Shown here: one piece after another, positions 23,028-24,452 of the stretch
How the letters are laid out: the number at the start of each line of letters is the position of its first letter
How positions within the stretch are numbered: the stretch's first letter is position 1
Source of the DNA: Deltaproteobacteria bacterium
Lineage (GTDB): Bacteria; Desulfobacterota; DSM-4660; Desulfatiglandales; HGW-15
Length of the DNA: 24,452 bases
NCBI GenBank assembly: GCA_020060805.1
Contig: JAGUZM010000005.1
Location: 1 to 24,452 of the forward strand
Reading direction: 5' to 3'
Program-made: the position numbers and the translations under genes
The notes under the pieces: generated by a model
The model's database searches: none
The model's input: the letters and a program-made list of their open reading frames with translations, nothing else
Told to the model about the DNA's origin: nothing

Positions 23028-24452
23028 ATGGATGAGTCCAGTTTTATGGCAATTATAAAAGAAGCGTTGGGTAGCTACCCTTTGAGCCCGGCGATTGCAC
23101 ATGCAATTAGATTTATGTTCATGAATAACTACGAAAGCATGGCAATCATTAATGATCATGGTGAAATCGAGTTCTTGGATCGGCTCTCTGAAAAGGCTTT
23201 CGGGGCTCCGCACGGGACCGCAAGAGGAAGACAGGCCAGAGAGATCATCCCCACTTCTGGACTTCCCGATGTACTTCAAACGGGTAAGCCCCACATAGGC
23301 AAGATTTTTAACGTTAAAGGAAGGCAAAGGATCGTCTCCAGATTCCCCGTATTTTGGGACGGACGGCCGGTTTCCGTTTTTGGCCGTGTCCTCTTGGCTT
23401 CTCTCGAAGAACTCGAAAGGGTACGGCACGAATCACAGAGGCTCAGAAACAAAGTCATCACTGTTCAGGAAAAAATACTCGGTGAACATCAGGCCACTTA
23501 TGTATTCGACAATATCCTCGGCACAAGCGGAAAAATACAGCAAACCAAGTTCCTCGCCATGAAAATGGCTGATAGTGATGCCGACATTCTCATTTATGGA
23601 GAAAGTGGCACGGGAAAAGAGTTGTTCGCTCATGCCATACACAACCAGAGCAGGCGTTCCACAAAGCCCTTTGTGAAAGTCAATTGTCCTGCTATCCCGA
23701 TTGAATTGGCAGAGTCGGAGCTCTTTGGGTATGAGAAAGGCGCCTTTACCGGAGCGAGAAAGGGAGGCAAGCTAGGTAAATTTGAAATAGCTCAAGGGGG
23801 CACAATATTCCTGGACGAAATAGGATCTCTGCCTATATCAATTCAATCTAAACTGCTCCGAGTTATCCAGGAACGAGAAATTGAGAGGCTTGGAAGCCAA
23901 AAGTTGATAAGGCTGAACATACGAGTAATAGCTGCAAGCAACATCGATCTAAGGGCACTTGTCGATCAAGCCAAATTCCGTGACGACCTCCTTTACCGTC
24001 TTTCAAAAGCGGTTTTGAAACTCCCGCCGCTTAGAGAGAGACCTGAGGATATTCCCACTTATATAAGCAACTACATGAAAGTAATTGGGAGAAATAAAGG
24101 GATTTCAAATGAGGTTCTGGTACATCTCATTAAATACTTCTGGCCTGGGAATGTCCGTGAGCTTATAAACACATTGGAACAATCGAATTTCCGAGCATCC
24201 CCAAATGAGGAAATCCGACCAGCCCATCTCCCAGAGGAGGTTAGGGCGGCCGATCGTTCTTCTGTTGAAGATAATTCTTCCCCGGAAGGTTCTCTGAGAT
24301 CAAGGATTGAGGAAACAGAAAAGAAATGTATCGCTAATGCCCTTCGGATAACCAAAAGGAATAAGAGAAAAGCAGCCCAATATCTGGGTATTCAGCGGTC
24401 CCTTCTCTATAATAAAATGAAGAAATACGATCTCGACAAAGACGTTCTATAA
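23028..24452 (+). CDS. PAS domain-containing sigma54-interacting transcriptional activator with Fis-type HTH (regulator 2)
   Basis: SMAIINDHGEIEFLDRLSEKAFG, YGESGTGKELFAHAIHNQS, GAFTGARKGG, IFLDEIGSLP, RNKRKAAQYLGIQRSLLYNKM. The track start is TTG 23010; ATG 23028 with GGAG 6 nt upstream is more likely. Stop at the window end. Confidence 0.93.
   Translation: MDESSFMAIIKEALGSYPLSPAIAHAIRFMFMNNYESMAIINDHGEIEFLDRLSEKAFGAPHGTARGRQAREIIPTSGLPDVLQTGKPHIGKIFNVKGRQRIVSRFPVFWDGRPVSVFGRVLLASLEELERVRHESQRLRNKVITVQEKILGEHQATYVFDNILGTSGKIQQTKFLAMKMADSDADILIYGESGTGKELFAHAIHNQSRRSTKPFVKVNCPAIPIELAESELFGYEKGAFTGARKGGKLGKFEIAQGGTIFLDEIGSLPISIQSKLLRVIQEREIERLGSQKLIRLNIRVIAASNIDLRALVDQAKFRDDLLYRLSKAVLKLPPLRERPEDIPTYISNYMKVIGRNKGISNEVLVHLIKYFWPGNVRELINTLEQSNFRASPNEEIRPAHLPEEVRAADRSSVEDNSSPEGSLRSRIEETEKKCIANALRITKRNKRKAAQYLGIQRSLLYNKMKKYDLDKDVL

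Noticed and set aside
1-24452. Search for tRNA/rRNA genes, transposases, phage genes or defence systems
   Set aside because: None were recognisable; the window is fully explained by metabolic, transport and regulatory genes plus the intergenic elements described.

Overview
This window is a dense anaerobic-type catabolic locus, probably from Desulfobacterota or a syntrophic bacterium (lineage is inferred). It looks like two parallel modules for activating and (de)carboxylating aromatic or related carboxylates. Module 1 (minus strand, 7165->44) encodes a UbiD-family decarboxylase, a 103-aa small protein, a PaaK-like CoA ligase, an FrdA-like flavoprotein, a single-domain response regulator, and DctQ and DctM TRAP permeases. 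Module 2 (minus strand, 22691->13534) encodes a divergent UbiD-family protein, an acyl-CoA synthetase, a TAXI-type TRAP receptor, a fused TRAP permease, a second single-domain response regulator, a short Old Yellow Enzyme-type oxidoreductase and an ACMSD-like amidohydrolase. Between them lie a second TAXI receptor plus fused permease operon (minus) and ubiX (plus). Two divergently transcribed PAS-sigma54 activators (plus, ~7476-8912 and ~23028-24452) sit next to the ubiD-family genes. Reading the non-coding DNA gave what I consider the main result. There are -24/-12 (sigma54) promoters with exact GG-N10-GC spacing upstream of ubiD-1, TAXI-1 and ubiD-2, and a weaker one before ubiX. A shared palindromic motif TGTC-N9-GACA occurs 70-230 bp upstream of the first three promoters. 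In three of its four copies it is extended to a GACATGTC-containing 23-mer. This links all three operons into one putative regulon and suggests a binding site for the two activators. Other observations: paired orphan response regulators with a shared novel C-terminal tail, one lacking the conserved switch Lys; UbiD-2 missing the first Glu of the usual EGPFGE motif; an amidohydrolase with YxH in place of HxH; and a composite array of inverted-repeat elements in front of ubiX. All family assignments are from motif recognition, not database searches.
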